In this document: positions 11,409-20,857 of the stretch, in pieces | Position numbering within the stretch: position 1 is the stretch's first letter | How the letters are laid out: every line of letters begins with the position of its first letter | Assembly (NCBI GenBank): GCA_002269645.1 | Contig: NIVC01002764.1 | Location: 1 to 64,000 of the forward strand | Direction of reading: 5' to 3' | DNA from: Macrostomum lignano | Lineage: Eukaryota | Length of the DNA: 64,000 nucleotides | Made by a program: the position numbers and the translations under genes | The notes under the pieces: generated by a model | Told to the model about the DNA's origin: nothing | Seen by the model: the letters and a program-made list of their open reading frames with translations, nothing else | The model's database searches: none

Positions 11409-14400
11409 CTACATGTGGATGCCCTTTGACTCAATGCTGGCCACGGAGCTCCTCTTCATCCTGAAAATGACCAGCACCAGCAGGGCAGCCAACAGCAGCC
11501 CAGCCAGGTAAGAGGCCGACACAATCAGGAGGCGGATGTCGTGGCTCAGCAGACTGTTGTGAACCTCAGGTGCGGGAGTCGATCGCTTGTTCAGCTCGTC
11601 AATCTCCGCTTTGGCCTCCTGGAAGAAAAGAAATGTAGGGACTTACTGAGGTTTATCGAGGATTTTAATTTGGCTTTGCATTTGTGTTGAGTAATTGTTA
11701 CATTTGTGTGATAATCAGCTCGTCCCTACCTGCAGCTTGTCCCGCTGGTCCCTCTCAGCGCACAGATCGAGGTAGCCAGCCAGCGCTCTGGTATCCCCAT
11801 TGCTGCTGTACCGAGTGTACAGCAGAATGTAGTCAATCGGGTCGCCGTTGAAGCAGGGCTCGCTGGCCTTGACCGATCGGTACCAGGCCAGGCACTGGTC
11901 GGAGCAGCGGTACTGGTAGGCGTGACGGCACTCGCTGTCGACGCCCTTCTTGTACTTTTGAATCAGCTGGCCGGACTGGAGTGTCTTCACGTCGCAGCCG
12001 TCAACGATGTACTCTGTGGGGGCAAGGAGAATGTTTTTAAAACTAAATTTGGCAATATTTCATAGATTTCTACAGTTTCATCAGCTGCAAACATTCCAAG
12101 TTGACGGGAAAAATCCTAGAAAATCACATCTCCAGCAGCCTCGGCGCTCCTTTTATATTTACTTAACTGATGAGATGCGACGTCACAAACTTCCAACTTG
12201 CAGTCGAATGGAAAGTCTTGCTGCATGAATTCAAAATTGGGAATCGATGCGAAAGGTGCGAATCAGATTGCTTTGGTCACCTGGAGAACAAGCTTAGCAC
12301 CTTAGTAACAGAATCTATTTTAGTTTTATACATGGAAAAAAGACTATGGCCAAAAAACTCATGCTTTTTCGGAACCTTATTGTACTTACATATCACTGTA
12401 GAGGGAAAGCCTGGGTGAATTTTTCCGGGCAATAGAAACCGATTGACCGAAGACTGGATTCAAAACTCTGTCTCTCTGTGGCCGTGTAACTGATAGCCAA
12501 TATAGAAACCGTTCATTAAAAAGGTTAAAACAAAAACCTATTAAATAGTACTGCATCCAAATTGAATACTGAATAGGATAGAAGAACTCACTTTCCACAC
12601 TTTTGAGACCCACAACGCAGTAGTCGACCTTGCCGAAGCTTGAACAGGCGTCAATATTTGGCCAACTGTGAGATTTCGTTAGGTTGTGCGGAAAGTACTG
12701 GAAGAAGCTGTAGCACATCTCCTCCTGGGTCGACTCGCCCCAGTAGACGCTGCGGTTGGTCTTGGCGGTGCTGTAGTAGCAGTCTGTGCGGATCTCGTCT
12801 CCCGGAAGATAGTCGATGGGTTGCTGGTACTCGAATACAATTGGAGTATTGTAGTCGTAGTTATGCATGGGAATGAGGTCTCGGACCTTCTGACCGTTGC
12901 GCCAGAGTGACACCTGTTGCAAAAATGGGTTGCTATTGTTGGCAAGTGGGCTAGTGTACTAAGATTAAACTAAGTTCAAGATAGCACAGTTTAGAGCTGA
13001 ACAGTGGTACTCTTTTCGAGCTAAAAAGCGAACTGAAGCGCTCACCTGACCTCTGGTTCCGTACAGGTGCATGTGCATGATGCCCCAGAGCAGCTTGTAG
13101 CCGCCGTCCTGAGGCAGCAGCTCCTTCGAGGTGCGGCTGTCACTCGTGGCTGTGCGGTAAATCTCCTTTTGTCGTGGAGCCAAGTCCAGCTTCGCCTGAC
13201 CGTACATCATCACTCCAGCGTCGTACTGCCTGAGCGTGGGCGAGAAGTACAGCTCAAAGCCAGACGCGTCAAACCAGTTCGTCACTTCTGCTGGATTGTT
13301 CCAATGCAGCTGCACAACAGCATACTGATAGCCCTCCAGGCCGAACGGCGCGCCAACGTCGTCCCTGTAGCAGTTCCCGGGCATGCCGAGGCTCCACAGG
13401 TCGATCAGACTGAAGCAGTTGGCAGCGCTCATGCCACACTCGAAGGGCGTTTCCAAAGGCACTGATATGGAACACGAGAGTTAAGCAATAGTTTTGCTAA
13501 CTTCCAACGGCGTCGAGACTGGTGAATTAAAAGCAGTGAAAACTCACCGTTAGGCTTTTCTTTGCAACCGAAAATGGCCAAATGATGCAGCACAGCGGGG
13601 TTGTCAATGACTGGAACTGCGGCAATCATGTGCTCCTTGGTCCGATTGCTCACCTCATACGCCTGGCACATGTACGTGGTCTCCTTCGGCGGCACCTTAG
13701 TGCGGTTGAGTCGCAGCGACATCTGGCGAACGCCGGACTGGTGGATGGCGCTGCAGTTGAACTGCTCCGGGCACTTGAACTCGCCGTTCAGCTTGGCGCA
13801 CTTCTCTGAGCCGACTGGCTCGCAGATTCCCGGATGTGTGACGTTGTCAGTGCGGCTCGGCTTGCCGCCTTCTTGCCAAACGCACTCGGGGTCGCCGAGC
13901 TCCTCGCCGTTGGTCCGGCCGTCACCGTCGGAGTCTTTGCGGCAGAGTTGCTGGGTCCACTTCTGCGAGAAGGCGGTTTGTAGGTGATAAAGTGTTACTG
14001 GCAGCACCTTCACTCAGGACTCAAAGCAACCATCAATCAGGGACTGATGGAACCCTCACTCAGGGACTGAAGGCAACCTCACTCAGGAACTGACGGCACC
14101 CTCACTCAGGAACTGATGGAACCCTCACTCAGGAACTGATGGTACCCTCACTCAGGAACTGATGGTACCCTCACTCAGGAACTGATGGCACCCTCACTCA
14201 GGAACTGATGGTACCCTCACTCAGGAACTGATGGTACCCTCACCCAGGGACTGAAGGCACCATCACTCAGGGACTGAACTCACGAATCCCTCAGCCTTCA
14301 AGTCGAGTCCAAACGGATTCCTCGGCCCCCCGCCGGCCTGATGGAGGTGCCCGACGCCTGGCCACAGCTCGTCGGCGTTGCACGGACTCTGGACGCCGTT

Positions 14401-14502
14401 TCCGTTGGGCACTTTGTTGGTATAGGTGGGATAGGCGGTTCCGAGTCGACTGGTCGCCACAACAACCAGCAAGATGGCGAGTGCCAGAGTGAGCGGTCTC
14501 AT
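11409..14502 (-). CDS. Temptin-domain + DBH/MOXD-like copper type II monooxygenase with signal peptide and C-terminal TM helix (621 aa)
   Basis: Six GT-AG exons with consistent phases: 14502-14284, 13962-13548, 13461-13046, 12913-12592, 12013-11730, 11618-11409. Temptin motifs PNGNGVQSPC, WPGVGH, NPFGLD, DSDGDGRTNGEELGDPECVW. Copper ligands LHH, QLHWNNP, HMHLYG, QEEMC. TM segment LLIVSASYLAGLLLAALLVLVIF. Confidence 0.92.
14010..14270. repeat. ~22-bp minisatellite filling monooxygenase intron 1
   Basis: Unit approximately CCCTCACTCAGGAACTGATGGTA. Confidence 0.9.
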
Positions 14503-15323
14503 TTTTCAAAGTACAAAAGACACTTTGATTTCAGTTTTCTGTTCGCTTGGGTTAAGTTTGTTCTTATCGCAGCTACTTTCTGCTTGCCTTCTCCACTTTT
14601 ATAACGGGCTGTTTCGCCAACGAAGAATTGCACTTTGCTATTAGCTGCTTGGAAACCAGATATTGATAATGCTGTACAGTAGTGCTTCATGGAATAAGCT
14701 TTTTTTGGAGATAGCAATTATCTCAACGCAGGTGACTAAGGCTTTATTAGTGCGTCATTTTAACATCGGTGGCTTATTTTAGGGACGCTTCGACAGCCCG
14801 ATAAGAAGTATACCAATGAGTCAGTGATTGTGGGGAGGTCAAGCAAAAGTACGAACCAACCGTACACCCCAAATATAGCTGTCTATCAAGTCTGTATTGC
14901 AGTGTCGCTTCAGCAAGCGAAATTTGACGAGTAGTTAAAAATCATACACATTTTTAACCATTCTTAAAGGACATTTCAGTCTACGTAGCTAGATGTCTAC
15001 CATACACAATGGACATTGCACACTTATTGGATAAGTCTAGGACAAATATCATACGGTTTTTACACAAGATAGGCCACTCATTAACCACTTATGTGAACTC
15101 AACATCAACTATACTGAACTCAATTTCGTCAGTAGTCTCTGCTGTGCATGCATCATTCTTAGTTTGCTTGAGTAGCTTTTTAATTAACTCATTTTTGGGC
15201 ATGTCCGAGGTACGAAAATTGACGAAAAACAGCGGTCGCGCTTTCCCTATTGCCGCGATACAAAGTGACCTATCTAGGAAATATAAGATCTATGGTCTAT
15301 AGGGTATTGGTGTCACTGCCAGC

Positions 15324-16100
15324 CACTGCAACAACTCGTGGCCATAGACAATAAAAGCCAATCAAGCAGACAGCTCGCAATTCCAAACTGCAAGACAGCA
15401 AGAGGCTGCTGCTCTCTGGTGAAAAGACAATCAAGTAGACTTCAAAGTAAGCATTCTGGCCACAGAGCTTCAAAAATGCAAGATTAAGACAATGATGAAA
15501 TGTATAAATCTAAGATTGCATAATTATGCGTTCGTCTTTATTGTTAGCGGAATGTTAAGCATACATGTAGATGAATTCTCATTCGGAGTTAACAGTTTTG
15601 TAATAGTGTGCGACAGAACATAAACTAAAAAATTGCTATTTAAACTGGGTTAAATATATGCGAAAAGTGCGTTTAATAAGACATTCCAAGATATATTGCA
15701 GTTTAAGCTTTATTGGAGTCAAGTTTAAAACATTTTAGCATCAATAGACACTGTTAAAGATTGGCAAAGACATTGTGAGAGAGTGTGAGTGTGAGAGAGA
15801 GTGAGAGAGAGAGTGAGAGTGAGAGAGAGAGTGAGGGAGAGAGAGAGAGAGTGAGAGAGAGTGAGAGAGAGAGAGAGAGAGTGAGAGTGAGAGAGAGAGA
15901 GTGAGAGAGTGAGAGAGAGAGAGAGAGAGAGAGTGAGAGAGAGTGAGAGAGAGAGTGAGAGTGAGAGAGAGAGTGAGAGAGAGAGAGAGAGAGTGAGAGA
16001 GAGTGAGAGAGAGAGAGAGAGAGTGAGAGTGAGAGAGAGAGAGTGAGAGAGTGAGAGAGAGAGAGAGAGTGAGAGTGAGAGAGAGTGAGAGAGAGTGAGA

Positions 16101-16148
<48 letters not shown>

Positions 16149-16172
16149 GAGTGAGAGAGAGTGAGAGAGAGT

Positions 16173-16203
<31 letters not shown>

Positions 16204-16243
16204 TGAGAGAGAGAGTGAGGAAGAGAGAGAGAGAGAGAGAGAG
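15324..16243 (-). repeat. 3' terminal repeat (pseudo-LTR) of the Penelope-like element: ~450 bp unique + ~470 bp (GA)n/GAGT
   Basis: The unique part appears identical by eye to 26996-27447, and the microsatellite starts with the same interruption pattern. Confidence 0.92.
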
Positions 16244-16313
16244 GAGGGCGCCTCCAATCTCAGGCACGGACGCGGTACATGTAAAAAGGACAAACAAGTC
16301 AAGTTGATTAAAG

Positions 16314-16354
16314 TTGCCGATATTTCGAATTAGGTAAATTCTTTGTCAGGGCAA
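16314..16354 (-). ncRNA. Candidate minimal type I hammerhead ribozyme (variant core)
   Basis: Minus strand TTGCC-CTGACAAA-GAATT-tacct-AATTC-GAAA-TAT-C-GGCAA. 5-bp stem I, 5-bp stem II, palindromic loopless stem III (ATAT), AUC cleavage triplet. The core has G8A plus one extra A. Confidence 0.55.
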
Positions 16355-16943
16355 GTGAAAAGTAGCGACAAGTGGTGTTGTAAAAGTTATTAAATAGGCG
16401 GGTTAGAGGGGAGAGAGAGTAGACAGGTAGATAGAGAGCGTACGGTATGTACACTTGGTGTGAGTCGATAAAACACTATTAGAGTTGAAAATGCAAAATA
16501 AAAAACAGTGCACAAATAAAGTGAACCGCACGTGGGCTGCAGCGATCCTACACACGAAATAAATAATGGAATGGTGCGACTGCACCGGTGTCTAAAAAGG
16601 GTGTCTAAAAAGAAAGAGTGACTCTAAGCACTTTACAAAATGGACCTCAATAAATAAAAAAGGTGAACAGGCCCTCAAAAACTAAAAAGAGCAATTGTAC
16701 GATAAGCAAAAGAGTAAAAGTAAAAAGTGTAATAAAAAAGTACAGGGTGTCAAGAAACAATAGAAATGTTGATGCAGAATAAATGCTGAGAATATACAAA
16801 AGCTGTGCTTGGGCTAGCGATGAGAATAAAAAAAATTCTAAGAAAGGAGCAATAAAAGGCTTGGTAGGTACCGGCACGGTCTGACAGAGGTAAGTAGTAG
16901 GGAAAGTGAAGTAAAAAATCAAAAGGAAAAAAAATAAAAAAAT

Positions 16944-19187
16944 TCAATCAGTGGTGGACTCCAGTCGACTGGGACAGAGCAGCTGCCGGAGGTTCCGCCC
17001 TTTGGTGTAGGCGGGCAGCACCGGGGCCTCGCAGCACCGGGCCACGCGGTCCTTCACCGCGGCCACCAGGGCGTCCGACCTCGCACAATGGGGCAGGATC
17101 AGCGGGATGGCCGGGTTGTGCAGCGTGCCGGCAAGCTCGTTGACGCCGTGCGGGGTTCGAGTCTTTAACACCTCGATGAGCTTGGCCTCGTGGCGCTGCC
17201 GCCGCTCGTTTGCTCTGGGTCCCGTGCCGTCACGAGACCAGATGCCGGTGAAGGCGAAGTCCGCCAGACTGTGGCCATCACTGGTGAAATGGCGGGCCAC
17301 CGGAGTGTCACGGGCGTGCCGGATGTCGCCGATGTGCGCCAGCATGCGGCCGCGGATGCTGTTGGCGGTCTCGCCTACGTAGACCGTGTGGTCGCACCGG
17401 CGGCAGAACACGGCATAGACGGCGTTGGTGGCGTTGCAGTCGATCCGCTGACTGATGATGAGCTGGACTGTCGTGGCTGCTGATCCGGGGCAGACGGAGG
17501 CGAACCTGGCGTGCGCCTGGCAGCACCTGCACAGCCGGGTCGGGTTGCACGGCAGAAAGCCGAATTCCCACCGTCTCGTCGGGTAGAAGCCCAGCTCCGT
17601 CAGCATCTCGTACTTGATCGTGCGCAGGAACCGCCGATTGTAGCCCTGGTGTTGCACTAGACTTGAAAACAGCCCGGTGCACGCTGCGTCGAAATCGGCC
17701 ATCTGGGAACACCGCCGGGCGTATCTGAGGAGCTGGGACTTCACCACGCCCCGGAACGTCCGCTTCGGGTGGAAAGAGTCGCGGTGAATGAGCGTTCGGC
17801 TGTCGGTCGGCTTAAAATACACCTTAGTTGCCAGGCGCTTAACGTCACCCTCGCGGTCCCAGAAGACGGTGGTATCCAGGAAGTTGACCTCGGTGCTGCT
17901 GTAGCTCAGCTGCAACCTGATGTTCGGGTCGAGGCCATCCAGGAGCTCGTGGAAGCGGACCAGCTCGTCTCTCGTTCCGTGCCAGACGCCGAAGATGTCG
18001 TCGATGTAGCGCAGCCACAGGGCGGGCTTCTGCGGGCTGAGCTCCAGGCCCCGCTGCTCCCAGTAGCCCATGTAGATGTTACTGTAGCTGGGCGCAAACG
18101 ATTTTCCCATGGCCGTGCCTTTCACTTGCAGAAAAAATTTTCCATCGAACTCGAAGTCGTTGCGCTCCAGGTTCAGCTTGAGCAAACTGAGGAGGCTCGC
18201 GTCCGGGCGCCGGGCGTCCGGGTGCTCTCTGAAGGCCCTCTGTACGCACTCGAGTCCGGCCGCGGTCGGGATGTTAGTGTAAAGGCTGGCGACGTCCATG
18301 GTGAACAGAAAGTTCTCGCCCCGCGCCGGGCAGGTGATGTCTCTGATGGCCGCCTGGAAATGATCGGTATCCCTGATGAAGCTGGGCAGCTGGATGACGA
18401 TCGGCTGTAGGAAGCTGTCGATGAAGCGGCCGCTGGCATATGATTCGCTGTCCACGTCAGACACGATGGGCCGGCCTGGCGGGATGTCGCCGAGCGGCCA
18501 CGACTCGGCAGGCTTGTGAATCTTTGGCAGGATGTAAAAGCGTCGCGTCCGGAACTCCTCCTTCGGGCAGAAGGCGGTGAACTGGCGTTTGTCGATAAGC
18601 CTGCGGTCCAGTAGCGACTGGAAGACGGCGCGGATCCTCTGGGCCGTAAAGCGGTTGATCGGCTCGCTCAGAGGCCGGTAGAAGGCCGGGTCGTCCAGCT
18701 GACGCAGGCATTCACGGACATAGTCCTGCCGGTTCAGAATGACCAGCTGGCTGCCCTTGTCGGCCGGCTTGATGACGATGGACTTGTCTGCCCGTAGATC
18801 TCGCAGTGCTTTCGCCTCCGCCTGACTGATGTTAGGAGCGTTCCTGCAGTCCCGGATGTTCTCCCTGACGTCGTCCAGCTCCGCCAGAGCGGCTTGAATT
18901 TCGGGCCGGAGGCGGCTCGGATCGATGCTGGCCGTTGGGCGGCGGGGAAGCGGCGGACCGTCGTTCACCGTCAGTTCGCGCTTGAAGCCGCGAGCCGCCG
19001 ACACGGCCAGACGCTCGCCAAAGTCGCGGACGCCGGACGCCAGTGACTCCGCCGAGGTGCACCGAGGAGCCACTACGAAAGACTGGCCGCGCTCCAGCAG
19101 TTGCAGTTCAGTCGGTGCGAGAGCGCGGCTGGAGAGGTTCGTCACCCTCAGTTGAGGGGGCCCATGGCTCGCCCCCGGCCCGCTCAG
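16944..19187 (-). CDS. Penelope-type reverse transcriptase + Cys/His linker + GIY-YIG endonuclease (ORF2, uninterrupted)
   Basis: VTNLS..ELQLLERGQSF, IKPADKG, FYILPKIHK, GRPIVS, MDVASLYTNIP, GTAMG..FAPSY, RYIDDIF. Linker CNPTRLCRCCQAH. Endonuclease AVYAVFCRRC..YVGET, VARHF, HEAKLI, PHGVN. There is no in-frame ATG before RT motif A. Confidence 0.95.
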   Translation of the reverse strand: MSGPGASHGPPQLRVTNLSSRALAPTELQLLERGQSFVVAPRCTSAESLASGVRDFGERLAVSAARGFKRELTVNDGPPLPRRPTASIDPSRLRPEIQAALAELDDVRENIRDCRNAPNISQAEAKALRDLRADKSIVIKPADKGSQLVILNRQDYVRECLRQLDDPAFYRPLSEPINRFTAQRIRAVFQSLLDRRLIDKRQFTAFCPKEEFRTRRFYILPKIHKPAESWPLGDIPPGRPIVSDVDSESYASGRFIDSFLQPIVIQLPSFIRDTDHFQAAIRDITCPARGENFLFTMDVASLYTNIPTAAGLECVQRAFREHPDARRPDASLLSLLKLNLERNDFEFDGKFFLQVKGTAMGKSFAPSYSNIYMGYWEQRGLELSPQKPALWLRYIDDIFGVWHGTRDELVRFHELLDGLDPNIRLQLSYSSTEVNFLDTTVFWDREGDVKRLATKVYFKPTDSRTLIHRDSFHPKRTFRGVVKSQLLRYARRCSQMADFDAACTGLFSSLVQHQGYNRRFLRTIKYEMLTELGFYPTRRWEFGFLPCNPTRLCRCCQAHARFASVCPGSAATTVQLIISQRIDCNATNAVYAVFCRRCDHTVYVGETANSIRGRMLAHIGDIRHARDTPVARHFTSDGHSLADFAFTGIWSRDGTGPRANERRQRHEAKLIEVLKTRTPHGVNELAGTLHNPAIPLILPHCARSDALVAAVKDRVARCCEAPVLPAYTKGRNLRQLLCPSRLESTTD

Positions 19188-19193
19188 TTTTTT
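19141..19193 (-). promoter_or_regulatory. Candidate -1 programmed ribosomal frameshift signal between PLE ORF1 and ORF2
   Basis: Heptamer A AAA AAC (19193-19187) in the ORF1 frame, followed directly by TGA and then a GGGGGC/GCCCCC hairpin. The -1 frame is open into ORF2. Confidence 0.6.
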
Positions 19194-20339
19194 GGAAGGT
19201 CGCCCACCGTCTCCAGGGTGACGGCGAACGCCCCATCAGCAGACTGTCGCTCCAGGCTGATCTGGTCCCGTCGGAATACCAGGTCCTTGGTGTCCAGCGT
19301 GATCAGGCTGACAGACCGGTAGCTGCTCAGGAGCTGGTTCGTCTTGCGACAGTTACTCTTCTGGAGCGCCGGCGCATCGGGGGGGCACACGGTCTGCACC
19401 ACCCAGATTGACGCGCCGGGGAAAGCCTTCCTGATGTTGGTCAGGCTCATCTTCCAGAGCTTGGCGATGGAGAAGTCGAAGCTCTCACGGTGGAGGTCGT
19501 TGTTGCCGGCCCAGACGATGACGCGGCCCGTGTCGGGACTCGCATTCTCCACCTTGCTGATGTTCTTCAGGTAGTCCAGCGTGAGGCCCGGGAAGCAGTG
19601 CACCTCTAGGTCTGGCGAGGCCAGCTTCACGAATTCCACGTTCTGGTCAGCGATCACCAGAGTGGGCTTCTGCTTTGACCTCAGCTTCCAGTGCTTCTTG
19701 GCTCCGTGGTGGTAGATGACTTTGTTCTCCCGTAAGCTTCTGGCAGTCTTCGACGGTTGCATGAGGCTCCCGGAATCCGGAGAAGCAGATGGGGGCCTCT
19801 TCCTGGTGGCCGCCGGGGTTCCGGAGTCTGCGGCATCTTCGCTTGTCCGGGCGGTGACAGTCTCTGGGACACCAGTAGACGTAGTCATGGGGAGGGACAC
19901 CTCCCTGTTTGTCGGAGTCTCAATTGAGGCACAGTCCCGTGCGGATGGCGCCGTAGAGTTCTCTTCATGAGCCGTCGAAGCTGACGAGGCCGCCGATGAA
20001 GCCGCCGGTACAGTCGCCGCCGATGAAACCGCCGGCGCAGTCGCCGACGAGGCCGCCGGCGCGGTCGCCGACAAGGCCGCCGATGAAGCCGCCGGCGCAG
20101 TCGCCGACGAGGCCGCCGATGAAGCCGCCGATGAAGCCGCCGGCGCGGTCGCCGACGAGGCCGCCGACGAAGCCGCCGATGAAGCCGCCGGCGCAGTCGC
20201 CGACGAGGCCGCCGACGAAGCCGCCGATGAAGCCGCCGGCGCGGTCGCCGACGAGGCCGCCGACGAAGCCGCCGATGAAGCCGCCGGCGCGGTCGCCGAC
20301 GAGGCCGCCGACGAAACCGCCGATGAAGCCGCCGGCGCG
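19184..20339 (-). CDS. PLE ORF1, C-terminal part: 16-aa Ala/Ser repeats + SGNH-hydrolase-like domain
   Basis: 48-bp coding repeat (PAASSAASSAASSATA). LVIADQNV / CFPGLTL / VWAGNND blocks. In frame with 27017-26254 after removing the LINE and one TSD (639 aa). Confidence 0.8.
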
Positions 20340-20857
20340 CACGCGAAGGCGTATTCAGCATGCCAGTGAAGTATGAGACAGACTAGGCCCATGGGCTAAG
20401 GTCTGCGATGCTTCACGCCTGCCCCTATCTTCAGCAGGTCAAGGCTGGTGGGAGGTCTGCACCCTCTATTTGCCTCTGGCAGCCGCAGACCCCCCCCCCA
20501 CGCTGTCTCGCAAGTCGACCCAGGGTACTCGTCCCCGCGTGTGTTCAAGGCAGTCCCTAGGGCTGCTGGACAGACTGGGCTCCGGCGCTGGCGACCCTAT
20601 CCAGTGGCTTCGGCCGAATTTGGGTATGCGGGTCTGGCTCGCCAACCTGCAGGCCGTGGTACTGCTCAACGTACTCTCTAATGCCTAAGGTGTTGACCGT
20701 GCCGATGGGCTGGAAGGCCGGGGAGTAGTCCGGTCGCAAGCGGTCCCCCTCCTGGTGTCGGGCCAGCCTTGAGGGTGCTATTGGCCTACTGCCCGGTCAG
20801 GTGGAGCGGCCGGGTGGGTACCGCGCCCCTTTGAGGGTAGCCCACCAACCTTTTATC

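Noticed and set aside
15310-15330. Target-site duplication for the Penelope-like element
   Set aside because: The flanks (..GTCACTGCCAGC and TTGAATTCATAG..) share no direct repeat; only a CACTGC microhomology is seen at the left junction.
15725-16302. Long Ser/Leu ORFs (also 27397-28335, 37931-39421, 43647-45209, 35410-36903, 48201-49838)
   Set aside because: Translations of micro- and minisatellites that lack stop codons; they lie in introns or terminal repeats.
19145-19186. Stop read-through or selenocysteine recoding of the PLE ORF1 TGA
   Set aside because: The zero frame meets another TGA after 11 codons and again right after; it never joins ORF2. The nearby ATG gives only MGPLN.
17107-19970. 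Antisense and alternate-frame ORFs over the PLE (similarly over the LINE and gypsy element)
   Set aside because: Shadows of GC-rich coding sequence with no recognisable motifs.
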